Source: an uncultured delta proteobacterium (GTDB lineage Bacteria; Desulfobacterota; Binatia; Binatales; Binataceae). Taken from it: a stretch of DNA of 64,000 nucleotides. The notes under the pieces were generated by a model. That model did no database searches. It saw only the letters and a program-made list of their open reading frames with translations, and had not been told where the DNA came from. Shown in pieces: positions 9,311 through 19,646 of this stretch. The stretch spans positions 2,816,001 to 2,880,000 of the forward strand of contig CAWEEQ010000004.1 of assembly GCA_963808235.1 (NCBI GenBank). The letters run 5' to 3'. A program made the position numbers and the translations under genes. Position 1 is the stretch's first letter. Each line of letters begins with the position of its first letter.

Positions 9311-10579
9311 CTACTGCCCTTGGTTTGGAACAGGACCCCTCGCACCGGGACCCAGCCAAGAATTGGGAAACGCCGCACCATAGCAGAGCCCTATCCCGCC
9401 GAAGTAAGAGCCGCAGAGAACCGCGGCCTCTACACAGGCAGGGATGGCACCGCCTGCGCACCCGACGCCCGTGATGACGCACCCACCCGTCAACTCCGGG
9501 TTGAACGCGGTAAACACTCCACCGCAAGCAAAGAAAAGCCCCAGTCCCGTCTGCGGCTGCGCCGAAGGAGGCGCCTTGCGGTATTCTGGTTGCGAGTTGT
9601 CCTTGCCAAGCGGGCGCTTGCGGCAGGGCTGCGGGTCTCCGCAGAATTCCGGCTTCCCCGAGGGCGCTTCGTCCGGAATCAGATCCTCGGAGACGCCTAT
9701 GATTTTCGGATACAGCGGGTGGCGGCGGGAGAGCAACTGGCGCGGAGTTTCAGACGAACTGCCGCCAAAGATATCCTCGAAAAAGTTCACCAGAAAATCG
9801 ATTGCGCCACCGATAAGAGCCAGCGGCGCCACGAAGGGTGGTGCCTCTGGTCCCAGAAAGTATGCGAGCAGGCCGGCGCCCAGATATATATCCGTACCCA
9901 CTTGAAGCGCCTGCTGCGTGTCATTGTAAACGCTCTGCGGAGATAAGCCGCCACTCGAACCCGATGGAGGCGAGATCGCCCTTCCCGACGGGCCGCCGCC
10001 GGAACCGTTACTGCTGGTCTGACCCTGCTCCGACAATGAGCGCACGAGCTGCGGATTGTAGAATTGGCCGCCGCCACTATAGTATAGCGGGGCCGGATCG
10101 CTAGGTTCCTTCTCGAGGCCCTGGTACAGGAACGGCCAAGTGTTCCCCGTGGGGTTCTCGGTCGGATTCCCAGACGGATCATAGGTGTAGGTCGTCGTCG
10201 GTGAAGACCCGGTCGAGGCCGCATTCACCAGCGCGATAGTCGATCCTGATGCATCGATCAGCGGCACCCAGGTGGTCATGGTTCCCCCAATCGTATTGGA
10301 GCCGGCCAGCGCCCCGCCGCCGGGGAGATTCAAAAAATCCCAGGAATTTCCTGAACTGTCCCACCATCCCAGAACCGAACCGCCATCGTGCAGAAAATAC
10401 TGGATATCGAAACCTGTCGCTTCCTCCCGCCGTCCCAGCCCATCGTATACCTCAGACGGTATGCCGGCGTTAGCCAACTGGTTACGCGCAGTCCAGGTAA
10501 ACGACAATCCGCTCGCCGGATCATACGTGAGGCTGCTTTCCTTGTTGGTCATCGAGGATACCCCGTTCCAACGCGGCAT
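9311..10579 (-). CDS. Truncated Rhs/YD-repeat protein with Cys-rich hydrophobic C-terminal tip (cassette A, intact frame)
   Basis: FTWTARNQL, YDGLGRR, DASGSTIAL, YTYDPSG and FLYQG Rhs motifs. Starts at the duplicated ATG. Confidence 0.85.
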   Translation of the reverse strand: MPRWNGVSSMTNKESSLTYDPASGLSFTWTARNQLANAGIPSEVYDGLGRREEATGFDIQYFLHDGGSVLGWWDSSGNSWDFLNLPGGGALAGSNTIGGTMTTWVPLIDASGSTIALVNAASTGSSPTTTYTYDPSGNPTENPTGNTWPFLYQGLEKEPSDPAPLYYSGGGQFYNPQLVRSLSEQGQTSSNGSGGGPSGRAISPPSGSSGGLSPQSVYNDTQQALQVGTDIYLGAGLLAYFLGPEAPPFVAPLALIGGAIDFLVNFFEDIFGGSSSETPRQLLSRRHPLYPKIIGVSEDLIPDEAPSGKPEFCGDPQPCRKRPLGKDNSQPEYRKAPPSAQPQTGLGLFFACGGVFTAFNPELTGGCVITGVGCAGGAIPACVEAAVLCGSYFGGIGLCYGAAFPNSWLGPGARGPVPNQGQ

Positions 10580-10641
10580 GTTCCTAATCTAACACGCACA
10601 CACGCCGCGCGCCGACAAGCGCGGAAAGTTGCGTGACGAAT
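10571..10641 (-). repeat. Promoter/start repeat copy 3
   Basis: acgcggcatgttcctaatctaacacgcacacacgccgcgcgccgacaagcgcggaaag; supplies the ATG at 10579. Confidence 0.9.
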
Positions 10642-10715
10642 CCTCTGCTTGCGAGGCTGCGAGTTGACTGCCAGAGTTTACCAATTCGACTCTATTCGCG
10701 TTGAAGTGGTGACGC

Positions 10716-11543
10716 GTGAACCTGCAGACAAATGGTCAGCGCCGATTCACGGTGGTCGAGCTGCCGGTGTTTCCGATCGTTAAGGAATCGTTGTTGACGC
10801 CCTTCCGGTATCTGCCTGAGCTGGTGAAATTCGGCTGGATTCCGTTTGCGGCTATTCTGGCGATCGATCTCATCTGCTTTGGCCTGCTGCGTGAGGATGT
10901 TTCCAGAGGCGTGACCGGCGGTATGATGGCGATCTCACATTTCGTTTTGTTCACGCCGTTCTCTGTGGCATGGACGAAGCTCGCGATCAGAGGCCCTCAA
11001 GCGGTCGCGAAGCATCCGCAGTTCTTTTACTCGCGAACGCAATGGCTTTATCTGCTGGCATGCGCCGTGATGATGGCGGCGCTCCTGGTTCTCGCCGGAA
11101 TACCGTACGCCATCCTCCGCTACGGGCAGCGAAACTTTGACAACCAGGTCTCGCTGTTCGGAACGACAATTATGATGCTGGGACTTGGCATTTACGTTGT
11201 CGCATACGTCAGGCTGGCATTCGTTTTTCCTGCGATTGCGATCGGCAGGTACACCGGCATACGAAATGCTTGGAAGCAAACGGCGGGAAATATTGAGCGG
11301 CTCGCGGCAGTTCTGGTGCTCGCGTTCCTGCCCTACTTGATCATCCGTCAGGCGTTCGAATGGTACATGGGATACCATCCACCCGGCGTTGTCGAGGCGT
11401 TCCGGGGATGCATCGACATGCTGCTCATCGCGCTTGCGACGACAGCGCTCGCCGGCCCGGCGCTCGCTTACAAGGCGATAGTGCTCGACCAGCCTCAGGA
11501 TGAAGCCGCCGCGCAATCGATCAACGCCGCCCCGATAGCGTAG
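10716..11543 (+). CDS. Multi-pass membrane protein of unknown function
   Basis: 275 aa, about 6 hydrophobic segments, RLAFVFPAIA...AWKQTAGN motif. Confidence 0.75.
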   Translation: MNLQTNGQRRFTVVELPVFPIVKESLLTPFRYLPELVKFGWIPFAAILAIDLICFGLLREDVSRGVTGGMMAISHFVLFTPFSVAWTKLAIRGPQAVAKHPQFFYSRTQWLYLLACAVMMAALLVLAGIPYAILRYGQRNFDNQVSLFGTTIMMLGLGIYVVAYVRLAFVFPAIAIGRYTGIRNAWKQTAGNIERLAAVLVLAFLPYLIIRQAFEWYMGYHPPGVVEAFRGCIDMLLIALATTALAGPALAYKAIVLDQPQDEAAAQSINAAPIA

Positions 11544-11545
11544 CG

Positions 11546-13639
11546 TCAGCCATTCCACCCGCGCTGCCGCAATGCGTCGAGCGCGACTCCAAGATTATTT
11601 TGTGTCTTCTTCCAGTCACCCGGTAACTTGTCCTTGGTCAACACGGTTAACGCCTGTCGATAATTATCGACCGCCTCTTTCAGATATTTGACTCCCGGCC
11701 CGCGCATCCCGAGTCCTGACAATGCATCGCCGAGATCGCTCTTGGCCCGTGCCCATTGGATCGGATCACTGTCTGGTTTGAATACCTCGAGCGCATCGTT
11801 GTAATTCTGAATCGCCTGCTCGAAGCACCAGGACTCGTTGCTGCTTTCGCCCATCTCGTCGAGCGCATTGCCGAGCGCGGCTTTCAACGTCGCCCACGCG
11901 ATCGGATTGCGGTCGCGCGGTTGCTCTTCGAGACTGGCCCGAAATGCTTTTGCAGCTTCCGGCGGATAGCTCGGGTTGGGTTGGAGATCATTGAGACTCA
12001 GGAGCTCGTTGCCAAGGACCGCCTGAGTACCCGCCCAGCGCCGTCGATCCCAAGCGCGCGGAAATCCGTCCAGTACCTGCCTGCTGATGGCGACCGACTC
12101 CTTAAGATCTTCGACATTTGAGCGAGCCCCGCCGAGTAACTGGAGGGCCTCCGCGAGTTGATTTTGAGCGTCTGCCCAGAGCATCGGATCCGATTGTTTT
12201 CGGTAAACTCTTAGCGCCTCTCTAAAAGCCGCAATCGCGTTCTCGTAACCACCTGCGTTGTCCTCGCGATCCGCCAGCTCGCCAAGCACAGATCCCAGCT
12301 GCGTTTGAGCCGCCGCCCAGCTCATCGAATTGAACTTGACGTCGAAGCCCTTCACTGCGGCGCGACAGTAGTCCGCGGCCCGACGCAGACTGTCAGTGCC
12401 CGCTTCATGATTTGCAATTTGCTGGAACGTACGTCCGAGCTGGAGTTGCACGGTCGCCGAATCGAGCGAATCGGAACGCGCTTGATACACCGCCAACGCA
12501 TTCTTGTATGCGGCCGCAGCCTCCTGCAGAGGCGGCAGTTGAAGATTGAGAGCCGAGAGTTGATTCAGAGCCGCGCCCAGGTTGAGCTCCGCCATCGCCC
12601 ACTCCAGCGGATCGCGTTCTCGCGTCCAACCTTCGTGCGCTCGCCGAAGGTAAGTGATGGCGTTATTCAAAGAATCTTCAGAGTTGAGTTCGAGTCCTGA
12701 GACCCTGCTCGCGATACCGATCGCCAGGTTCACGCGGGCGCGTGCGTCGGCCGTCCACGCGCCGCTCCTTCGAGGATCGTCGGCGAGCGCGCGAGTCTCG
12801 CGAATTATCGGTTCGAGCGCATCGCCAAATTTGAACATCCACTCGCGCATGGTGTCCGCGCTCTGCGTTGCTACGATCAAGCGGATCACCTTGACCAGAT
12901 CGTCCGGCGGCACCTCAGGCAGCTTGAAGTCAGATGGAAGATACACTCCGCCAAACTGCGGATCGGATCCGAATTTCGTTTCGTAGAGCGGCCCAACCGC
13001 CGGACGCGGTGCGCCGCCTGCCCCGCCCCAGATCAACGCCTCCACGCGGATGTTCGTCACCGAGTTGAGCGCATCGAGATGCGCGATCCCCTGCGGACGG
13101 CCGGAGACCGCGATCGTACGATTCAAAATAACCGGCGTGATGTGCAGTCTCGGATCGACATTCGATAGCGCGTCGCGCAGGCGTGCTTCAAACTGCAGGC
13201 CTTTGTCACCTTCGAAATGCGCGATCGCAAAGACGACGCGGATGCGCCACTTTTCGACGTCCGGGTATGGTGCCGACGCCTCTGCGACTTCGGGCGGGAG
13301 CTCGCGGAGCATGTTCGGGCCCTGAAGATAGATTGAAGCTTGCTGCAACAGGAGAAACGGCAGGCATAACAGGGCGGCAATACCGGCGATTCGCCGAACC
13401 GGCTTGTAGCGAAGCTTAAGCCGTCCAATCTGGACGCGTGCTCTTTGCCAGAAGGTAAGGCTCCACACGATCGTGGCGATCAATCCCGGAATTGCGGTTA
13501 CGATGACCAGGTCGATCACCAACCGCGAGCGCGGCAAGACGGCGACGATCACCAGCACGAGCACAAGCGCGGCCGCAAGTGAATCGGTAAGGTTCAGCCA
13601 CGGATACCGCTCGGACAAATACTGACGCGGGGTCTTCAT
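11546..13639 (-). CDS. Membrane-anchored TPR-like repeat protein (~46-aa repeats)
   Basis: N-terminal TM segments; repeats of type RERDPLEWAMAELNLGAAL...AAAAYKNAL. Confidence 0.85.
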   Translation of the reverse strand: MKTPRQYLSERYPWLNLTDSLAAALVLVLVIVAVLPRSRLVIDLVIVTAIPGLIATIVWSLTFWQRARVQIGRLKLRYKPVRRIAGIAALLCLPFLLLQQASIYLQGPNMLRELPPEVAEASAPYPDVEKWRIRVVFAIAHFEGDKGLQFEARLRDALSNVDPRLHITPVILNRTIAVSGRPQGIAHLDALNSVTNIRVEALIWGGAGGAPRPAVGPLYETKFGSDPQFGGVYLPSDFKLPEVPPDDLVKVIRLIVATQSADTMREWMFKFGDALEPIIRETRALADDPRRSGAWTADARARVNLAIGIASRVSGLELNSEDSLNNAITYLRRAHEGWTRERDPLEWAMAELNLGAALNQLSALNLQLPPLQEAAAAYKNALAVYQARSDSLDSATVQLQLGRTFQQIANHEAGTDSLRRAADYCRAAVKGFDVKFNSMSWAAAQTQLGSVLGELADREDNAGGYENAIAAFREALRVYRKQSDPMLWADAQNQLAEALQLLGGARSNVEDLKESVAISRQVLDGFPRAWDRRRWAGTQAVLGNELLSLNDLQPNPSYPPEAAKAFRASLEEQPRDRNPIAWATLKAALGNALDEMGESSNESWCFEQAIQNYNDALEVFKPDSDPIQWARAKSDLGDALSGLGMRGPGVKYLKEAVDNYRQALTVLTKDKLPGDWKKTQNNLGVALDALRQRGWNG

Positions 13640-13836
13640 TCTGCGACGACGGCGGTCATATTAGCGCAATCGCCATCCGTAGCCGCAAGTTCAGCGGTCC
13701 CAGCGACGCGCAATTCGACACCCACGTGCGTCCCACGCCGCCAGGACAAGCAGTGAGTGAGGCACGAACTGGCGCGACGAAGAAACGCGCGACATGAATA
13801 GGTCGCAGAAAGTCGAGCCCTCGTGCGGCTGCGATC

Positions 13837-13871
13837 GATCAAGCGCGGAGAACGCGAGCGCCTCCCTTTTG
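13837..13871. repeat. Right direct repeat of island (overlaps terminator)
   Basis: Matches 4348-4383. Confidence 0.8.
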
Positions 13872-13884
13872 AAAGGAGGCGCTC
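13856..13884 (-). terminator. Hairpin terminator
   Basis: gagcgcctcc...ggaggcgctc 10-bp stem downstream of gene 13910-14251. Confidence 0.7.
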
Positions 13885-13909
13885 AACGATTCGGACGGGA
13901 AGACTATAG

Positions 13910-14251
13910 TTATCGGTTGTAGCAGCGGGATCGCGCCGCAGCAGCTTCCTCAGCTACGTCGTTAGCCGCAGCAGGATGCCCCGTTTGCCGATCATGCCAC
14001 ACTTGGGCCTGTAGTTGGCGTGCGCGTTCGCATGAAACCCGGTGGCCGCCATATTGATAGTATCCGTTATGCCAACCATGATTGGCGTAACCGTCGCGGT
14101 CGCCTTTATAATGATCCCACCACCAATCGACCGGCTGGATGTTATTTGAATATGCGCCGGAAGAAGGTTCCGCAAATGCGGGCGCGGTCATTGGCAGTGC
14201 CAGCATCGCGCCGCCTAACAAACCCATGATCAGCTTTCTTTTGAGTTTCAT
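13910..14251 (-). CDS. Small secreted Trp/His/Tyr/Gly-rich protein
   Basis: AGGAGA RBS, signal peptide ending APAFA, two Cys. Confidence 0.75.
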   Translation of the reverse strand: MKLKRKLIMGLLGGAMLALPMTAPAFAEPSSGAYSNNIQPVDWWWDHYKGDRDGYANHGWHNGYYQYGGHRVSCERARQLQAQVWHDRQTGHPAAANDVAEEAAAARSRCYNR

Positions 14252-14401
14252 GCGAGCTATCTCCTTCTCCTGAATACGAAGCATAGAAAATAGAACGTTT
14301 GCAAGACCACCAATTCTGAGACCCGAGGGCACCGGACTTTGATTCGGCCCGCCGGACACGATTGACAAGCGCGCTCGCGGACCACAAAGTTCTGAGAGCT
14401 T

Positions 14402-15424
14402 ATGCAAGTAGCCCGCCTATACGATTTCGGCGATATCCGAGTCGAGGAAAGCGCGCGTCCCCAAGTCGGCGCCACCGATATCCTCGTCCGCGCGAGCGCG
14501 TGCGGAATCTGCTCGGGCGACATCATGCCCTGGTATATCAAGCGCAAGGCGCCGCTGGTGCTCGGCCACGAACCGGTCGGCGTCGTCGAGGATACCGGCG
14601 CCTCGGTGCGCGGATTCAAGCGCGGCGATCGCGTTTTCGTTCATCATCACGCGCCATGCTTTCAGTGCCCGGCCTGCGCGCGCGGCGAATACGTGCAGTG
14701 CACGACCTGGCGCGCGACTAACATCGTCCCCGGCGGGATGGCAGAATTTTTCCTGGTCAGCGCCGCAAATCAGCGCGACACTTTGCCCCTCCCCGATTCA
14801 GTCGCCGACGCCGACGGCGTGCTGATCGAGCCCGCGGCATGCGTGGTCAAGTCGCTCAAGCGCTCGGGCCTGAAACCCGGCGAAACAATTCTCGTCATCG
14901 GGCTCGGCATCATGGGAATGATGCATGTGAAGCTCGCGCGCCATCTCGGCGCGGGAATGATAATCGGCGCCGATCTATTTCACTCGCGCGCCAATCGCGC
15001 GGTCGAGCTCGGCGCCGATCGCGGAATCGTAGTCGCCGGCGACAACCTCGTCGAGCAGCTTCGCGAAGTCACCAAGGGCGCGATGGCCGACGTTGTGATC
15101 GTCGGACCCGGCACCTCGAAAGCGATCGCGGCCGGGATCGCGTGCGCCGGCAAAGGCGCGACTGTCTTGCAATTCACCGCGACCCCGCCAGACGACGAGC
15201 TACTGGTGAAGCCGCACGATCTCTACTTCAACGAGACAAGGTTAGTCCCGAGCTACTCATGCGGACCGGATGAAACTCGTGAAGCGCTGTCGCTGGTCGA
15301 GCGCCGAGTTATCAACGCCGCCGAGCTCGTGACGCATCGCTTTCCACTGGCGCAAATCACCGAGGCATTCGCGACCGCGCAAAAGCCCGAATCGCTCAAA
15401 GTGATCGTCACGTTCAAGAGCTAA
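14402..15424 (+). CDS. Zn-dependent medium-chain (sorbitol/threonine-type) dehydrogenase
   Basis: CGICSGD, GHEPVG, CFQCPAC...C, GLGIMG. Confidence 0.9.
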   Translation: MQVARLYDFGDIRVEESARPQVGATDILVRASACGICSGDIMPWYIKRKAPLVLGHEPVGVVEDTGASVRGFKRGDRVFVHHHAPCFQCPACARGEYVQCTTWRATNIVPGGMAEFFLVSAANQRDTLPLPDSVADADGVLIEPAACVVKSLKRSGLKPGETILVIGLGIMGMMHVKLARHLGAGMIIGADLFHSRANRAVELGADRGIVVAGDNLVEQLREVTKGAMADVVIVGPGTSKAIAAGIACAGKGATVLQFTATPPDDELLVKPHDLYFNETRLVPSYSCGPDETREALSLVERRVINAAELVTHRFPLAQITEAFATAQKPESLKVIVTFKS

Positions 15425-16700
15425 GATGTTCCGCGATGTACTCTAAGACCTCGTTCCACTGAATCGGATCGAGTCTGCCAAATTTGCTCCCGGTCCGCAC
15501 GATAACCACTTTCGCCTTTGGCGACACAGAGACGTACTGGCCCCACGCACCCCGCGCCGCGAAAGTATAATCGCCGTTGTCTGAGCTGTTGCCCCACCAG
15601 AAATATTTGTAGTAACCGCCATTGTCGCGAAATTCCGGATATGTCTCCCACGGCCGATTGTCGTTCGGATCTCTCGTAGTCGATTCGATCACCCACCGCT
15701 CCGGAATGATCTGCTTGCCGTTCCAGTTACCCTTGTTCAGAAAGAGTTGCCCGAACTTCGCAAAATCTATCGCCCTTGCATTCAGCAGCACATACATCAA
15801 CTCGAGGTCGTCCTGCTCGCTGTCGATACTCCAGGTCGCCGGATACTCCATGCCGATGGGCTTCCAGATTTTTTCCTGCAAATATTCGCTTGCGCTCCGA
15901 TGCGTCGCGCGTTTCAGAATCAGTCCAAGCAACTCGGTGTTGTAGTCGTTGTAGTGAAAGCTCTGCCCCGGCGGCTCGACGATCTCCAGGTCCGTGAGCA
16001 TCAGCTTCGACAGATCGGGATAGAAGTAGGAGACCGCTTCCTCCTCCCATGGAAGATTGTGAAGCCGGTATCGTATCCCCGATCCCATCGTCAAAAGATT
16101 CCTGATCGTAATCGAATCGAACCCCTGCCCCTTCAGCTCCGGTAGGTAGTTCATGATCGGATCGTCGACACTCTTGATGAAGCCCTCGCCGATCGCGATC
16201 CCGACCAGCGCCGACGTGAATGACTTCGCGATCGATCGCGAAACGCAGATCGAGTCGCGCTGATAGCCGTTGAAGTAGTTCTCGTAAAGAAGTTTTCCGT
16301 CGCGGATTACGATGAACGCGTGCGTCCCGCTCGTGCGCAAAAGCTCGTCGAGGTCGAGACTGACGCTTTTGTGCGTGTCACCATCTTCATATTCGACCGT
16401 CGTTGGGATCGAATTCGCGGCACCGGCAGGGAAATGAAAGGCGGGCGGCGCAGTCTCGATCGTATGGTAAGGGAAAAGTTTCCAATCGTCGGATTTTGAA
16501 AAACTGCTGCGAATCCCCCAGAAGACACAGCGGTAGAGGTAGAGAGGATCGAGCCACGGTGGCGCCGCGATAGCTCTGGAAGCCAACGTTAGACATGCGC
16601 CCACCACGAAAACGGCCGGCACAAGTTTCCGCGCAATGCTCACGGTCGGGAAGTCAGCATACCGAAGCGCCGCTGAGTAAATCAGCCGGCTCGCGAGCAC
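15414..16700 (-). CDS. Serine hydrolase, beta-lactamase/AmpC family
   Basis: SIAKS (SxxK), LLTMGSG, FHYND, ARGAWGQ. Start uncertain. Confidence 0.88.
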   Translation of the reverse strand: MLASRLIYSAALRYADFPTVSIARKLVPAVFVVGACLTLASRAIAAPPWLDPLYLYRCVFWGIRSSFSKSDDWKLFPYHTIETAPPAFHFPAGAANSIPTTVEYEDGDTHKSVSLDLDELLRTSGTHAFIVIRDGKLLYENYFNGYQRDSICVSRSIAKSFTSALVGIAIGEGFIKSVDDPIMNYLPELKGQGFDSITIRNLLTMGSGIRYRLHNLPWEEEAVSYFYPDLSKLMLTDLEIVEPPGQSFHYNDYNTELLGLILKRATHRSASEYLQEKIWKPIGMEYPATWSIDSEQDDLELMYVLLNARAIDFAKFGQLFLNKGNWNGKQIIPERWVIESTTRDPNDNRPWETYPEFRDNGGYYKYFWWGNSSDNGDYTFAARGAWGQYVSVSPKAKVVIVRTGSKFGRLDPIQWNEVLEYIAEHLSS

Positions 16701-16713
16701 AGAGCCAAGTCAA

Positions 16714-16745
16714 ACGAGGGCGGCTGCATGCGCAACCGCCCTCGT
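16714..16745 (-). terminator. Rho-independent terminator
   Basis: acgagggcgg...ccgccctcgt stem followed by Ts on the minus strand. Confidence 0.7.
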
Positions 16746-16766
16746 GACTATCAAACCTGAGCGAAA

Positions 16767-17183
16767 TTACGGTGTTGCAGGAGCCGGTGCTGCCGGAGGC
16801 GGAGCGCCTGCATCTGCCGGCGGTGCTGATTCGGCCGGTGCGCTCTCAGCCGCTGCCGCTGCGCGATGATGACGTCGCACGTGATGCGGTGCGCTCGACA
16901 TCGTCTTCGACGCGATTGCTTCCGCGCGATCCGCGGCCGCCTTCGCATCGCTGGCCGCCTGCTCTACGCGGCTCGCTGCCGCCTGAGCCTGTGCCGCCGC
17001 CTGCGAGGATTTCTGGCTCGCTGCTTCCGCGCGAGCCGCAGCCCCGTCGGCGCGGTTCGCTGCGTTGACGGCGCGCTGCGCCGGGTCTGGCTCGTTCGAG
17101 GAGCATCCCGCGAGCAACGAAAGGGCCAACACAGCCCCGGCAAGTCCTACCAGTTTTGAAGATTTTCTCATGAACCCTTCCAT
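16767..17183 (-). CDS. Alanine-zipper (Lpp/OprI-like) lipoprotein
   Basis: AGGAGG RBS, lipobox LAGC, Ala-rich heptads. Confidence 0.8.
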   Translation of the reverse strand: MEGFMRKSSKLVGLAGAVLALSLLAGCSSNEPDPAQRAVNAANRADGAAARAEAASQKSSQAAAQAQAAASRVEQAASDAKAAADRAEAIASKTMSSAPHHVRRHHRAAAAAESAPAESAPPADAGAPPPAAPAPATP

Positions 17184-17639
17184 TTTTTCCTCCTAAGGAA
17201 TGCGCGGGAGCACTCGTGTGTGCTGCATGAACTCCCGCATTGCGCGACTTTCAATTTGTCTCATAAACTCCCAGCGCTGCGCAAGTCTTGTAAGTAGCGA
17301 TTGCTACACCATGCACGCTCGATACATTAGCAGTGCCTATCTTCGATTTGGCTGCGACTGGTCATTGATGGACTCATAAAGTTGCTCGATCACAAAATCG
17401 TATCGGCTAGTTCACCCTGTATTGACAGTCCCAATTATACCTTCGACGAGGCTTCTCGTCCGCTCAAAATAATCGCCGCTAACTACTTGACAAGTCTGCA
17501 AAGTCACTATCTGCAGTTGACTAGTCAAGTATTTCGTCGATCGGCAACCAGGTTCCAATCAAACCCGCTTTTTTGTAACTCCTGGCACCGTAACAGCGCT
17601 TTTCTGAGCACATCGAATGCCAATGTGCTGCACTACGAA

Positions 17640-19343
<1,704 letters not shown>

Positions 19344-19372
19344 GTATATGAATCTCCGTTTCTGTAGATGTC

Positions 19373-19429
19373 GTTAAATCGTTACAGGTTAAAAGTTAAA
19401 AGAACGTTAGACGTTAAAACGTTAAAAAA
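19373..19429 (+). repeat. Degenerate GTTAAAA tandem repeats
   Basis: gttaaat, gttacag, gttaaaa x2, gttagac, gttaaaac, gttaaaaaa. Confidence 0.75.
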
Positions 19430-19611
19430 TCGCCCGGGATTCGACCCCGTAATTCTCGCGCCACGGCATACGGGAACCGACTCGCGACAATACACGGGCT
19501 GACGCAAAGTTAAGCATCGATGCGCACAATGCAAGCGGATGCTCCCGACGATGCTATCTTTTCTGGAGCGGGCGCACCGTGCAAGAATAAGTTGAGAGTT
19601 GTTAGCGCTCG

Positions 19612-19643
19612 ACTTTTGACTTTTTAACTTTTTAACTTTTTAC
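19612..19643 (+). repeat. ACTTTTT(A/G) tandem repeats (inverse of the 19373 tract)
   Basis: acttttg acttttta acttttta actttttac. Confidence 0.7.
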
Positions 19644-19646
19644 TCG

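Larger units (their letters stand above)
4384..13836. mobile_element. Accessory island / insertion hotspot with Rhs-tip cassette array and two cargo genes
   Basis: Bounded by direct repeats, with internal duplications of the flanking promoter and repeated Rhs fragments. No recombinase in the window. Confidence 0.65.

Noticed and set aside
4384-10579. Diversity-generating retroelement (TR/VR) explanation for the repeats
   Set aside because: No reverse transcriptase in the window, and the differences are block swaps rather than adenine-specific substitutions.
4275-10641. CRISPR array or integron attC array
   Set aside because: The repeats are ~3 kb apart, not palindromic, lack attC R/L boxes, and there is no cas or intI gene.
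13718-13770. Possible fourth degenerate copy of the NUDIX promoter repeat (cacgccgccaggacaagc)
   Set aside because: The match is short, GC-rich and lacks the -10/ATG core; it cannot be distinguished from chance.
19431-19450. T-loop-like GGGTCGAATCCC
   Set aside because: No acceptor or anticodon arms.
19602-19628. CIRCE element upstream of groEL
   Set aside because: Only one imperfect half-site; no GAGTGCTAA after 9 nt.
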